A DNA stretch of 63,493 nt, counting the filler, from Licmophora abbreviata (taxonomy: Eukaryota), in the NCBI GenBank assembly GCA_900291995.1. It is 10 parts of 10 records of this genome, joined end to end, with 100 filler letters (N's around TTAATTAATTAA, not from the genome) between each part and the next. Parts side by side here need not be neighbours in the genome. Positions count along the whole stretch, not along the records: positions 12,620 to 27,678 come from OLMU01000658.1; positions 27,779 to 33,176 come from OLMU01000659.1; 8 more parts are not named here. The stretch is one strand, 5' to 3'. Below, one piece after another: positions 22,281 through 32,807 of this stretch; the first letter of the stretch is position 1, and the number at the start of each line of letters is the position of its first letter. A program made the translations under genes and the position numbers. A model generated the notes under the pieces. It searched no databases and was not told the DNA's origin. It worked only from the letters and a program-made list of their open reading frames with translations.

Positions 22281-23849
22281 ATGGAGCCACCATCAGCACT
22301 GCCACCACCATCATCATCATCATCATCATCATCATCACTGGCGATGACGACCCACAACACTACAAAGACAACGAACAACGACGCGCCCATGAACAACACG
22401 TCGGCGGGCGAGACTCTAGTACCGGGAAATACTACTACCAGTACTACTACCGCCGTTAAGGACTCGTCGACTCAAAAGGAGACTGATGACATGACGAAGT
22501 CAGCAGGTGCTACCGAGAAATGTGCGTTCCAAGATCCTAGTGATTCTCTAATGGGAGTAGACCGCCCCCCTGCTGTGGGAGTATCCATCGAACAGAAGAG
22601 CAAGGCGACTGTGATTGAAGACGAACGAGAGGATCCAACACAGGTCGATCCGAATCAGGATGAATTGTTGGTAGAAATGCTGGAGGATATTCAACGACAT
22701 GATTCCATGACGAGTTCCGACTATCCTCAAACCCAGCCGCCGGAGGAGGAGGATGTCACGGACACTCTAATGAGGTTAGTCGCTCCGACCAGTAATGAGT
22801 CATTGCCTCCTTTCCAAGGCAGTGTGAAAAAGGATACTGCTTCCAAACCGGCAGTCTCCGTTGGTGATGTTGGCGTACCCGAACCGACGATGAAAGCGAA
22901 ACCTACCGAGGCTCCTCGTATCAACATCAACAAGGAATCAACAAAACTACTTGGAACGAAAGTAACACCGTTGGCAAATGACGAGAGTAGTGATCCTCCG
23001 ATGCAAGGCACCAATCAGATTGACGTTGCTAGAAACCCACACGAAGCTACAAAGACGACTGCTGCGTCGTGGGCAAGCACCATGCAGATGAACGCGGCTG
23101 AATTGCTGGAGGCTGCTGCCCAAGCCAAGGCAGAAGCAAACAAGAAGCAATCTCGTCCAGAATCTCGAAAGAAGAAAAAGGTCGTGCCGGCCAAGTCCAT
23201 CAAGAAACGCTTTCCCGGCACTGCCGGTATGCCGAGGCGTACCGCCGCAATGCAGAAGCGTACCGCCGCAAAATCGGTGCTGGCGAAACACCCTGAAGTG
23301 ACTCACACGCCCGAGTTTATTCAATACATGAAATCGAAAGGCAAAGATCCTAGTCCTTCCGTACTAAGTGCCGCTGACTTTATTCAGTTTCGAAAGTTTC
23401 AAGACAACCAAAGGGTGGCTGAGGAGAAGGAACGAGCGACAACGAAGGAACAAGCGAAATCAGATCCTGGAAAATTGCCTTCTACTGCGCGTGCCGCGAA
23501 ACGACCGGCGCTGACGAAGCGAGCGGCACCGCCGAAAAAAGTTAGGGCCGAGAAGAAAGCGGCTGCGAAAGGTAACAACACGTCGAAAAGTGGCGAAAGG
23601 ACAGGAGCCGAAGAAATTTGGTCGGGGGTTCCTGACGAGCCGCTGCTGGGTGGATGGCCAGAGGGATGGACGAAGAAAGTGTTCAAGCGCGCATCGGGGG
23701 CTACGAAGGGTGGCACAGACCGTTACTGGTATACGCCAGTTGCAAAGAGAAAACTTCGATCGATGGCTGAAGTAAAAAGGTTTATGACTGCGTTGAAGAA
23801 GGTTGGGGGCGATGAAGAGGAAGCATGGCGTGCGGTAAAAAGAGGTTAG
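22281..23849 (+). CDS. Largely disordered nuclear protein with a C-terminal methyl-CpG-binding (MBD)-like domain
   Basis: 'GWPEGWTKKVFKRASGATKGGTDRYWYTP..KRKLRSMAEVKRF' matches the MBD pattern. Basic NLS-like stretches are present. Confidence 0.8.
   Translation: MEPPSALPPPSSSSSSSSSLAMTTHNTTKTTNNDAPMNNTSAGETLVPGNTTTSTTTAVKDSSTQKETDDMTKSAGATEKCAFQDPSDSLMGVDRPPAVGVSIEQKSKATVIEDEREDPTQVDPNQDELLVEMLEDIQRHDSMTSSDYPQTQPPEEEDVTDTLMRLVAPTSNESLPPFQGSVKKDTASKPAVSVGDVGVPEPTMKAKPTEAPRININKESTKLLGTKVTPLANDESSDPPMQGTNQIDVARNPHEATKTTAASWASTMQMNAAELLEAAAQAKAEANKKQSRPESRKKKKVVPAKSIKKRFPGTAGMPRRTAAMQKRTAAKSVLAKHPEVTHTPEFIQYMKSKGKDPSPSVLSAADFIQFRKFQDNQRVAEEKERATTKEQAKSDPGKLPSTARAAKRPALTKRAAPPKKVRAEKKAAAKGNNTSKSGERTGAEEIWSGVPDEPLLGGWPEGWTKKVFKRASGATKGGTDRYWYTPVAKRKLRSMAEVKRFMTALKKVGGDEEEAWRAVKRG
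22308..22337 (+). repeat. (CAT)n microsatellite encoding poly-Ser
   Basis: About 10 CAT units visible. Confidence 0.85.
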
Positions 23850-23997
23850 GAACAGGGTAATTTTATGCAACATGTAACTAATGCTTACACCAGCCATTGG
23901 GCCTAACTAGTTCATACAGATGGCAGCAGAAACGAAGCCCACCTTCGCAAGTCGCCAGCCAATGTAGAAAATACAGAGATGCAACCAAAAGCCTCGC

Positions 23998-26133
23998 TCA
24001 CATTGTGTCGTAGGGACCACAGGGCGATATGGGGAGATTCATTATATTTTCAGGAAGAGTCATCAACGAACAAGGATCCACGCAGTACTCTTCGTTTTGG
24101 TTGAGGGGGAGAGGAGACATAGAGATATCCTCGCTGGCAGGATCGGGCTCGTCGAACGGATGGTCGTCCTTCTCATCTAGCGTCGTGCGCAGCAGGCTAG
24201 GCGGCATCACCATGAGCTCCGCTTCCGAAATAATTGCATCTTCCGAAAACCCAATGTCGGGAACGGCAGAAGGGCTCGTGACGAAGTCTTCGATCTTTAT
24301 GCTGCGGGGCGGAGTTTCTGGGGGCAAGGGACTTGGGCCCCGGCTGTCGGTCATGTCGAGTTTTACTTCCAAAATCTCGGGCATGTCGAGTTTTACTTCG
24401 ACCCCCATCTCGGAACTAGTCATGGTCATGGCTAGAGGCGATCTGGAGCGCCTTCCACTACCGCCGGCTTGAAGACGAGACTTTTTGTCAGGAACCATTG
24501 CTTGCTGCCCACTCATAGAATACTGTGACCGACGATGGTGAGACGGCGGCGAAGGAGGAGGGGCAAAATCTTGGCAATGCCAAAAAGGAGGCGGGAGGGG
24601 GCGCGGATATCGCTCATGCCCCAAGTATGGGAGCGTAATATCGGCACTGGGTCGACTATACGGTCCACGTCCAGGAGGAGGCACCCCAGGTCGGTACTCC
24701 AGAGGGTACCCGCAAGGAGGAGACATGTACGGAGGATGGTCGTACGGATGGCCCGGATGAGTTCGCCTTGGCGACCATGAGAATGCACCGTGGGGAGCAC
24801 TCGTGTGATGGTGATATCCAGCCGGGGACATTGTGTGACGTCCAGGACTGAGCGCCGTGGGACCTCCAGGGTACGTGCGAGGGTTCAATAAAGCACGGTG
24901 TGGCGAGTGATGGGGTCCGCTGGAGCACGTTGGAGAACCAAAAAATTCTCTTGGCGGTGGCGTGTGAGCCGCTGTTGGGAAAGACTGAGGCGACATGGGC
25001 GGAGGACGTTGCTGGCGAAACGAAGCACTGCGCACTGCGTCGGAACTGTGCTCGAAGTGACGCGGTGAGTATTCGAACATGTGCTGAGTCCGAGGGAGTG
25101 ATCCCGGCGATCGTAGGTATGCCGGAGCAGAGAGCTCAGATCTGGGAGAAACTGGACTCCTTGGTGAAAAGTGTCCAGCCGGCACATGTAAACTTACACT
25201 TCCCCTGCTGGGAACTGGATCAGCTGTAGATCTTGCGTTGGACAGCATGGCCTTGCGCGCCGCGGTTGTCATAACAGGATTAGACTTGGTCCTTCGGTGA
25301 CCCTTAACCTGCTGTTTTCTCTTTGCGGGTTTCTTCTCTTTCACCTTCTTCAGGTCCTTCTTCTTCGGTCCGGCTTTGTTGCTCTCTCCATCAAACACGG
25401 CGCTGAGAAAGTCAGGATCTCCGAGGTCCCTTGACAGCTGTTTTCGCAAACTGGCTGCGCCATCGCGAAGGGCTTGACTGGTCTTCTCTACGGCCTTCTT
25501 ATCTCCAATATCAAACCACAAGGCGCTGTCGACATCCTTCTCGAGGAATCGACCTTGTGGATCGAGGCCACGTACAGCCTCGACGATTGATTTGGAAATT
25601 CCCATCTTTTGGCGCTTGGTGCTTGTGACGTACAGTTCCTGTCGAGTTTCAAGGTTCAGGCGGTACAATTGTGAGATCAGACGCTGACCGGACAGAGGGA
25701 TCAGTCCAAGCGGCAAGAAAACAACTCCGAAGTTGCCATTCAAAAAATCAAGGTCATGATGACATCAAAAAAGCGGTCCACGAGTGAACACTTGGCGCCT
25801 TCATTCTTTGTTGAGGTGCGATAAAAATAGCTGTCACGCTATCGGCTATACTAATCCCTTGATGACACGTGATGTGCCGTCAACTGATTGTGGAGCCTAT
25901 TTGAGACTGGACAACGCTGCCTCTCCTTCGTCTAGTGTACTGGAACGCACCTTATTCAAATTGACTAGACTTCGAAACTTCTCGTTGCCCCTGTGGCGAT
26001 TTGTGGTGACACCGCGGCCGCAAAGAACATCGTTTTCAGTAGGCTTCTCTACTCCATTCAGGTCCGTCTGCGGAGGACGAAAGATCACTCCAGAGGGAAC
26101 CACTGGGGGATCCGCGATGGGAGACGTCGACAT
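23998..26133 (-). CDS. DUF6824-domain protein with a Pro/Ser/His-rich tail, 2 exons
   Basis: 'PTENDVLCGRG..TNRHRGNEKFRSLV...IVEAVR..DPQGRFL.....WFDIGDKKAVEKTSQALRD'. Intron 25950-25639. Confidence 0.88.
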
Positions 26134-26891
26134 GGGGATGCAGTTTCCCTTTCGGAGAAGGTAAAACAATGAAACGGGGTTGAATGTTGCGCACGATCGA
26201 AAATTGATGAATACAGAGGTGCTCGATGTTGCCACCCATGTATTTTAGAAGTGTATTCTCAATTTGTTCCTTCTGCCAAAAGATTTGTCGCAGTGATTGA
26301 ATACCCTCCAAGCTGGAAGCCTTCGACAGCCGTACAATCAGGTAGCAATGCTACATACGTAGATTTCAGTAGTTAACACGAGGTTTTGGAGAGATCTGAT
26401 TGGCCAATAATGTCCGAAGGACCTTTTATGTTGTATTCAGCGCTTAGTCTTATCGAGTGAAGGTGGAGGTCCGACTTCTTGTTAGAGAAGGTGTCACACC
26501 CCAGTACCGGATTGGCACGACATCCAGATTCGGTCTTGCAACGCAGAGATAAGGAGCGCGAGCTTGGGACCTCGCTGAATCCCGGCATGACGAGGGTTGA
26601 GCAACGATTCGTTCCACTCTTATTAGTAATATACGACTAGCAAGGGGCTGATTGTGCGACATGTATCACTACCGGTACCGTCCAAGACATGGCTAGTCGT
26701 GTGTCCCTTCTCTAGCTCGGTCGTGCATCAACATGAGTCGTTTGGCCGTTCCCGTTTGGCGAAAGGATGAGTACCGGTACCAGCAGGAAATAGAGATGGT
26801 GGATGTGTACGTCTGTCGGGAGCTAACGCCGATTAGAGCTGCAAGGATGTAATCATGGCATGAATTCAAGATAGGCATTGTCTATAGGTGA

Positions 26892-28203
26892 TTACCATAA
26901 CCCCGGTCGCAGGTCAATCATACTCGTACAGTTCCCACAACGGGGGTCTAAAATCTTGGCTCGCAGATGATTCATCACCCTACTCCAGTTGCTTCGCGTC
27001 GTGAGTACGTAGTACTTTGCCTCCATTGCCAGTAATAACGATCCTATGGCCACCAGTCCAGCACGACCCTGTGTATTCCTCGCCGTGTGCGAGGCTCTAT
27101 TCCCACGAGTCGGTCGAAACTCGTCCAGCTCTTCTATTGTCCGGTCCAGGTAAACCTTCCATCCAGGTGGCGCCACATTCAGGAAGGCATCTCGTGCCCG
27201 GGGATCTTCCGTCGCCAAATAGATATTGGCCGTCTGATTGGATTGTTTGTGCTGGTGCAACAAGTCCGAGATTGCTTGAATATACTCGAACTCGTGTGCC
27301 AGTTCCATCTCCCAAAATTTGTCGCCCCATCGCATGTGGACCGTAATAAGGTCGTCCGGTGCTATCCCACCATTCTCGGCGAATACGAAAGAAGCCTGTC
27401 GTTCCGCCTCGCGAATGACCAGCGGAGAGACCTTTCGAAAGAGGTATTCAGTCGACGCAGCACGAAACTCGTCCAATACAGGTTCGTAGCGAATCTTTCG
27501 CGGATTGGACTGCCGAAGCAATTTGCACCACTGCCTGGTGCTCCGAGGGTCCGTCACGTTGAGGGAATTCGTGATTCTTTCGTCCTTCCCACAGAGAAAC
27601 TCGGACCCTGGGAAGTAACACAGCAAGGGCGACTGTCTCGCCTCCTCGGCGTCGCACTGCGTTTGATCCATCCACAGCNNNNNNNNNNNNNNNNNNNNNN
27701 NNNNNNNNNNNNNNNNNNNNNNTTAATTAATTAANNNNNNNNNNNNNNNNNNNNNNNNNNNNNNNNNNNNNNNNNNNNGTTTGATCCATCCACAGCCACT
27801 GCGGATTGTGGGTCCGAAGGCGTCTTTGATCTTCCATGGCGTTGCAGACAGACTGCGACCACAAGGAAATATGCGAACCGAAACCGTAAGGATCGTCCAA
27901 ATGAAGCGTGGTCACAGGAAGGGAGCAGTCTGACTGCTGTTGAAGGATCAGATTTGCGAAATCGGACAAGGGAGGATTCTCACTCCAGTTTCGCCTCAGT
28001 CGCCCCTTCGAAGACAACGATGAAGGGGTCATATTCGAGCTACTGGACTGCGCATTGGGAGTCTCATCTTCTAATGGAGGCATATCTTCTGCCATATGGC
28101 TGGAGTCAGATGACCAGCGGACGCTGAGAGTCGTAGAAAACGACACGAACATGACAGCGTTGAGCGACACGAGCAGCAGCACGAGGAGCAATTGATTGTT
28201 CAT
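26892..28203 (-). CDS. Type II membrane fucosyltransferase-like glycosyltransferase (GT23/GT11-type motifs), spanning a false gap
   Basis: N-terminal TM helix, 'YGFGSHI', motif I 'VHMRWGDK', motif II 'IYLATEDP', motif III 'SLLLAMEAKYYVLT..SNWSR'. An 18-nt overlap on both sides of the gap joins the two ORFs. Confidence 0.8.
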
Positions 28204-28691
28204 GATGTTGTTAGTTTCGAATCGTTTTCGGTTTCAACCAATCCAGAAACCAGCTCTATGGACCTGTTGACATATCAAATGACTCTAAGAGTGCTACTCT
28301 ACAGTAGAGAGCCGCTGAGGAGCCAACATTGCAGGAAATCGCCACCGCTGTTGTCTATCATCTTCGTCGTCACTGTCACATCAGGCACAGTCATCATGGT
28401 CGAACAGCTCGCACACAACGCGCAGCGCTTGCGCGTGAAACAGATGAGTCGAGTCACGAAACGAGATAATTCCCGCGTCAAAAATACAATCAGGCGCGCG
28501 AAACATGTGAATCGAATCGAATCGAATCTGTGATCTCTCAGATCCATCAAATCTCCCGACAGACACACAAACACATCGCAAAAGATCATAAGATCGCATC
28601 GACGGTTCCCGGCTGTACATTGTCATCTAATTGTAATCGTTGTGATCTGTGGAAGGACAGTTCATTGCTGATTAGGACTTTAGTCTTGGCT

Positions 28692-29595
28692 ATGCGTCCT
28701 CTTGTTCTCGTTTGTTTCGGGGGTGTTTTTGTCGGAACCTTTGCTTCAGGCTTTGTGAATTCTCCCCAAAAATCTGCTGCGGTTCCGCGGCCATCACTTT
28801 TCGTTCCCACTCCCAATAAGCCAGCGTGCATGAAAAGTCCCTACAACAAACACTCGTCTGTCGCTACAACCATGAGTCGGGGAGGAGCCGTCCAAGCATC
28901 GTCGTCGTCGCCCGCAGAAGGAGATGGAAAGTGTCCCTTTACCAAGACTTGCCATTTCCTATTTTCGCTCTGGGGTACGGGAGGTGTCGTGTATATTCTT
29001 GCGAAGGCCATCAAACGAGTCCTTCCCATTGCCATGGATCCGTTCAAGGAAGGAGCAGTGCCCCTGTCTCAGGTGCAGCTAGGGTGAGTCCATCGTGACG
29101 GGACAACCGCCGTGTTGGGGTACTAAGTAATAGCCTCTTGGAATTGTTAGCTGGCAAACCTGCTCAATGATTTCTAACCTCATTTTTTGCACTACGCTAT
29201 CCCTGTTCAGAATTTACATTGCTACTTGTCTTTTCTTCGCCTATGTAGAAGGCTACAAGGGGTTTCAGACCAAGTTTTCACCGCTGGTTGTGGCCCGTTC
29301 CTTGTCTCTGGAGTACACCTCGCCCATTCATCATTGGCTGCTGGGTCCGTTCTATTCGATGGGGCTCTTTCATGCGACGAAAAAGCGCATGATAGTCAGT
29401 TGGTCGGTGACACTGGGGGTGACTGCCATTGTCGCTGCCGTCAAGCAAATGTCATATCCATGGAGGAACATTGTCGATGCTGGAGTGGTGGCAGGTCTGT
29501 CATGGGGCGCTCTTTCGATTATGGTGTTGTATGTCAAGGCCATCGTGACTGCCAAGTTTCCTGACATGGATCCTGCTCTTCCCAAGCGAGCGTGA
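28692..29595 (+). CDS. Uncharacterised multi-pass membrane protein with a plastid-type presequence, 2 exons
   Basis: Signal peptide ends 'ASG-F'. Core motifs 'AYVEGYKGFQTKFSPLVVARS', 'PFYSMGLFHATKKR', 'PWRNIVDAGVVAGLSWG'. Intron 29084-29210. Confidence 0.8.
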
Positions 29596-30302
29596 ATGTT
29601 GGAGACGATGCTGATGGAGATCAGCAGTGAACGTGCCGATTCGCTACTATTTGCTATTTATCGACGCGATTACAAATAAAACTAGCGTTGCAAGAATTCC
29701 GCGGTCCTCCCGAAAGAAGCAATAGACTCGGCCATCACCTAGGAAAGCGTCATAGTCGACCGGAGGCATACAACGCCAAAAGTGCCAATAGAGGCGCCAC
29801 GAAGAAAAAGGTGCAGAGAATCGGAAGTGCGCCCGTTCCTTCCGAGGTCACGTATCACACTATTTCATCCCAAATGTACTTCCAGTCGCATTGCTTGCCA
29901 CCAGTAGGCTCTTCCTGTGACTCAACTAGCAGCAGCGCTTGTCCAGATCCGGCTCGAGAACGAGCGGCGTGAGCCGTCATGTCTTCCACCACCGTCATCG
30001 TCGAGCGGCGCTGTTGTGTCCTCTTTTGCTTCCTCTCGTACAGGGTTTCTGAGAATTATGGCGACGAAAATGCTGGAAATTCTGTCCAAGACGATCGAGA
30101 AACGACCATATCCAAGAAAAAATCAAAGATAGGAGGAGATATTGTAACGTTGAATGCGAGCTGATGTGACACATCGATGGGAGTCAGTAAGTCGACGTGG
30201 TATCGTGTATACAGGTAAGGAGTATACTACACCTCTATATAGAATCTAAGACTTTTAGAAAAGATAGTCGTAAGCCTACAGTAGGTCTGAGGAGGAGCAG
30301 CT

Positions 30303-32132
30303 CTATAAGTCGAGTATCGGTACCAGCCAACGAAGGAAGAATACACCAAACGTGCCTACCACAGCACATCCGCTCCATGAGTGGTGTATCGATGATGCCC
30401 CGCTCGTTGAGCCAATTACTTCTCCCAGGATCCCTTGAGCATCGTAAACGACATCTCCCTGCAACATGGTAGCGAGCACTTTTACAGAGTCGATTTCATT
30501 CACAGCAACATCAAAAATATTGTTGTCCAGCACAACTAGATCGGCGGCTTTTCCCACTACAAGAGAACCCGTCTTGTCATCGTGAAGCAGCAGTCGCGCC
30601 GGATTAATAGTCAGCATGGGAATAACAACCTCCAAATTCGGAAAAGACCGTCCGTCTGGACGAGTCAATACCGCTTTCATCTTTGCAAGAGGGGACAGCA
30701 CGTCTGCATCCCAGTCGCTGCTCAGCGTGATGGTCCCACCAGCGTTGAACACTTCGAGAGCTGGCAAGAGGGTAGCTGCGAGCTCAGGAGAGGTTAGCTC
30801 CGCGATAAAATTGGAATAATCTGCAGATAAACTGCTAGGCGCCAGCTGAAAGTCGGCAATGGCATCGAGCTCTTCAAAGCGACCCCGATCGGCCTCGTTA
30901 ACCAGGTAGCAATGCGTCAGACGATGTGGCCCAGAGACAGGACTGGAGCGTTCAATGGCATCAAGTGCAAGACTTGTCCCTTTGTCTCCCGTTACATGAA
31001 AATGAAGCTGAAATCCTGCATTGCTGAGAGTCCTCGATGCATCAAAGAGAGTCGTACTGTTCCCAAAGTACTCGAACCCGTACCTTTCCTCTTCAGGCAA
31101 CTGGAGCGACGCTGAGTAAGGCTCATAGACAGCTCCAGTCGTGAGACTTAGAATTCCGTCCACATAGATTTTGGCTTGGTTGAAGCGGACGAGTGCATTG
31201 GGGTCGTTCGAGTATCGAGAGGTCAACTCAGGCATTTGCTCATCGAGCGGCACGTCGGGGTAAATATAAAGTGCATTGCTTGCTCTCACAGTCAGCACTC
31301 CTGCAGCTTCAGCACGCTTCCAGGTTTCTGTCTGGGCTTGTCGATAGAATCCACCTGCATCACTTACAGTTGTAATTCCATTCTGAGCGAGTAAATCCAG
31401 CGCGTCGAGTAGACTTTCATACGCCGTCTGTTTGTTTTCGACCGTGGGTGGAAACGCAGCATCGCGCAGTTTCTGCTGTGCGTTCTCAAGAACTATACCA
31501 ACGTGCTGATTGGTGTCTGGATGCCGTATGAGCAAACCCCCTGGTGGGTCTCCAGCTTGTGGGTCGCCATACCCAGCCAGATTCATGGCCACCGAGTTGG
31601 CAATAGCACCGTGTCCCAGGCTGTCCAGAATTAGGACCGGAGTATCAGGGTAGAACTCGTCCAAGACAGCAATAGGGTTGAGCGTGGGATCCTCTTCTAG
31701 CTCAAAAATCAATCGTTGAACATCAATGCCTGCCCCCACAACCCATCCTTGGTCAGCAAATATGCCTCCGTCGGGACAATCGTCAAAGTAAAACGGGATG
31801 TCCTCCAGGACAGCTTCAGGCTCAATGTAGCATAGGGCTGCGTTAATTCCCGCCTCTACTGCGTGCAAATGAGCATCCTGAAACCCAGGAAGTAACAATC
31901 GTCCCTCAAGATCAACCGAACGTGTTGTGCCATCCGGAATCGCAGTCTGAACCTCCTCGTTTGTCCCGACAACAGCGAGAAATCCGTCGTCGTCAATCAA
32001 GACGGCCTCGGCCCACGGATTTGAATCGTCAACCGTATAGACTCTCGCATTCGTCAGTGCGAGACTCGCTTTCGCATACGAAATGTGGATTAATAGCGAG
32101 ACGCAAAGAAGAAGTGTCCCTGAGCACAGCAT
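30303..32132 (-). CDS. Amidohydrolase_3 (YtcJ/LAF3-like) with a signal peptide and C-terminal hydrophobic anchor
   Basis: 'PGFQDAHLH', 'GITTVSDAG', 'KIYVDG', 'FHVTGD', 'HRLTHC', 'SSDW', 'GSLVVGKAADLVVLD'. Intronless. Confidence 0.9.
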   Translation of the reverse strand: MLCSGTLLLCVSLLIHISYAKASLALTNARVYTVDDSNPWAEAVLIDDDGFLAVVGTNEEVQTAIPDGTTRSVDLEGRLLLPGFQDAHLHAVEAGINAALCYIEPEAVLEDIPFYFDDCPDGGIFADQGWVVGAGIDVQRLIFELEEDPTLNPIAVLDEFYPDTPVLILDSLGHGAIANSVAMNLAGYGDPQAGDPPGGLLIRHPDTNQHVGIVLENAQQKLRDAAFPPTVENKQTAYESLLDALDLLAQNGITTVSDAGGFYRQAQTETWKRAEAAGVLTVRASNALYIYPDVPLDEQMPELTSRYSNDPNALVRFNQAKIYVDGILSLTTGAVYEPYSASLQLPEEERYGFEYFGNSTTLFDASRTLSNAGFQLHFHVTGDKGTSLALDAIERSSPVSGPHRLTHCYLVNEADRGRFEELDAIADFQLAPSSLSADYSNFIAELTSPELAATLLPALEVFNAGGTITLSSDWDADVLSPLAKMKAVLTRPDGRSFPNLEVVIPMLTINPARLLLHDDKTGSLVVGKAADLVVLDNNIFDVAVNEIDSVKVLATMLQGDVVYDAQGILGEVIGSTSGASSIHHSWSGCAVVGTFGVFFLRWLVPILDL

Positions 32133-32471
32133 GTGTATCGTGTCAGAGTGTGATGGCTGTATGTGACTGATTGATTCATGATCCGATTCGGTCAATGGTC
32201 AATCTTGCGTGTTTTTTGTTTTGTCGACTTTTTGGCGGGCATGCGCACCTCGGTCGGCTGGCGCGCACATGACACGCGACACCATCTGAATCCACGGAGC
32301 ACTCCGTACAAAATGCTTCGCACTTGCTCCTCTAATCACTTTTCTATTGCACATGCGCCATTCCCACACAGCTTCCGCATCAACACACCCGCAACGACCC
32401 GAAGTTTGAAGGCTCTCGGTTCGAAATCTGAATTTCATACAGCGCAGGAAGCAGCCAGAAGTGACAGAACT

Positions 32472-32807
32472 ATGAGATCCCCGGATTTATTTCGATTAAT
32501 CCTCATTGTATTGCTGACTGATGGAAGCGTGAGTGACGACCCATCACGTGGCGACAACGGCGTGTACGATAATGATGAAACAACGTTGTTGCGAGGCCTC
32601 AAGGAAACGAGCAACGCGGACGACGGTATGCATCAGCAAAATTCCCGAACGATCGACGCTGCGATTGAACTGAAAAGGAAACACTCTACGTATTCCTCAT
32701 CACTTGCTTTCGAACCGTCTCCTTCGCCTTGTATACGCCGAGGACCGGGTGTCATTGCTACGCCGAACGGAAACCGTGCGAAGCTAGTCTGCCAATTTTC
32801 ATCATAA
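32472..32807 (+). pseudogene. 5' part of a secreted-protein gene joined directly to its 3' end (internally deleted copy)
   Basis: Signal peptide 'MRSPDLFRLILIVLLTDGSVS'. At 32772 the sequence becomes near-identical to 34018, the last codons of the 33278-34033 ORF. Confidence 0.5.

Noticed and set aside
29688..30200. Short overlapping ORFs between the membrane gene and the amidohydrolase
   Set aside because: No recognisable motifs or consistent splice model.
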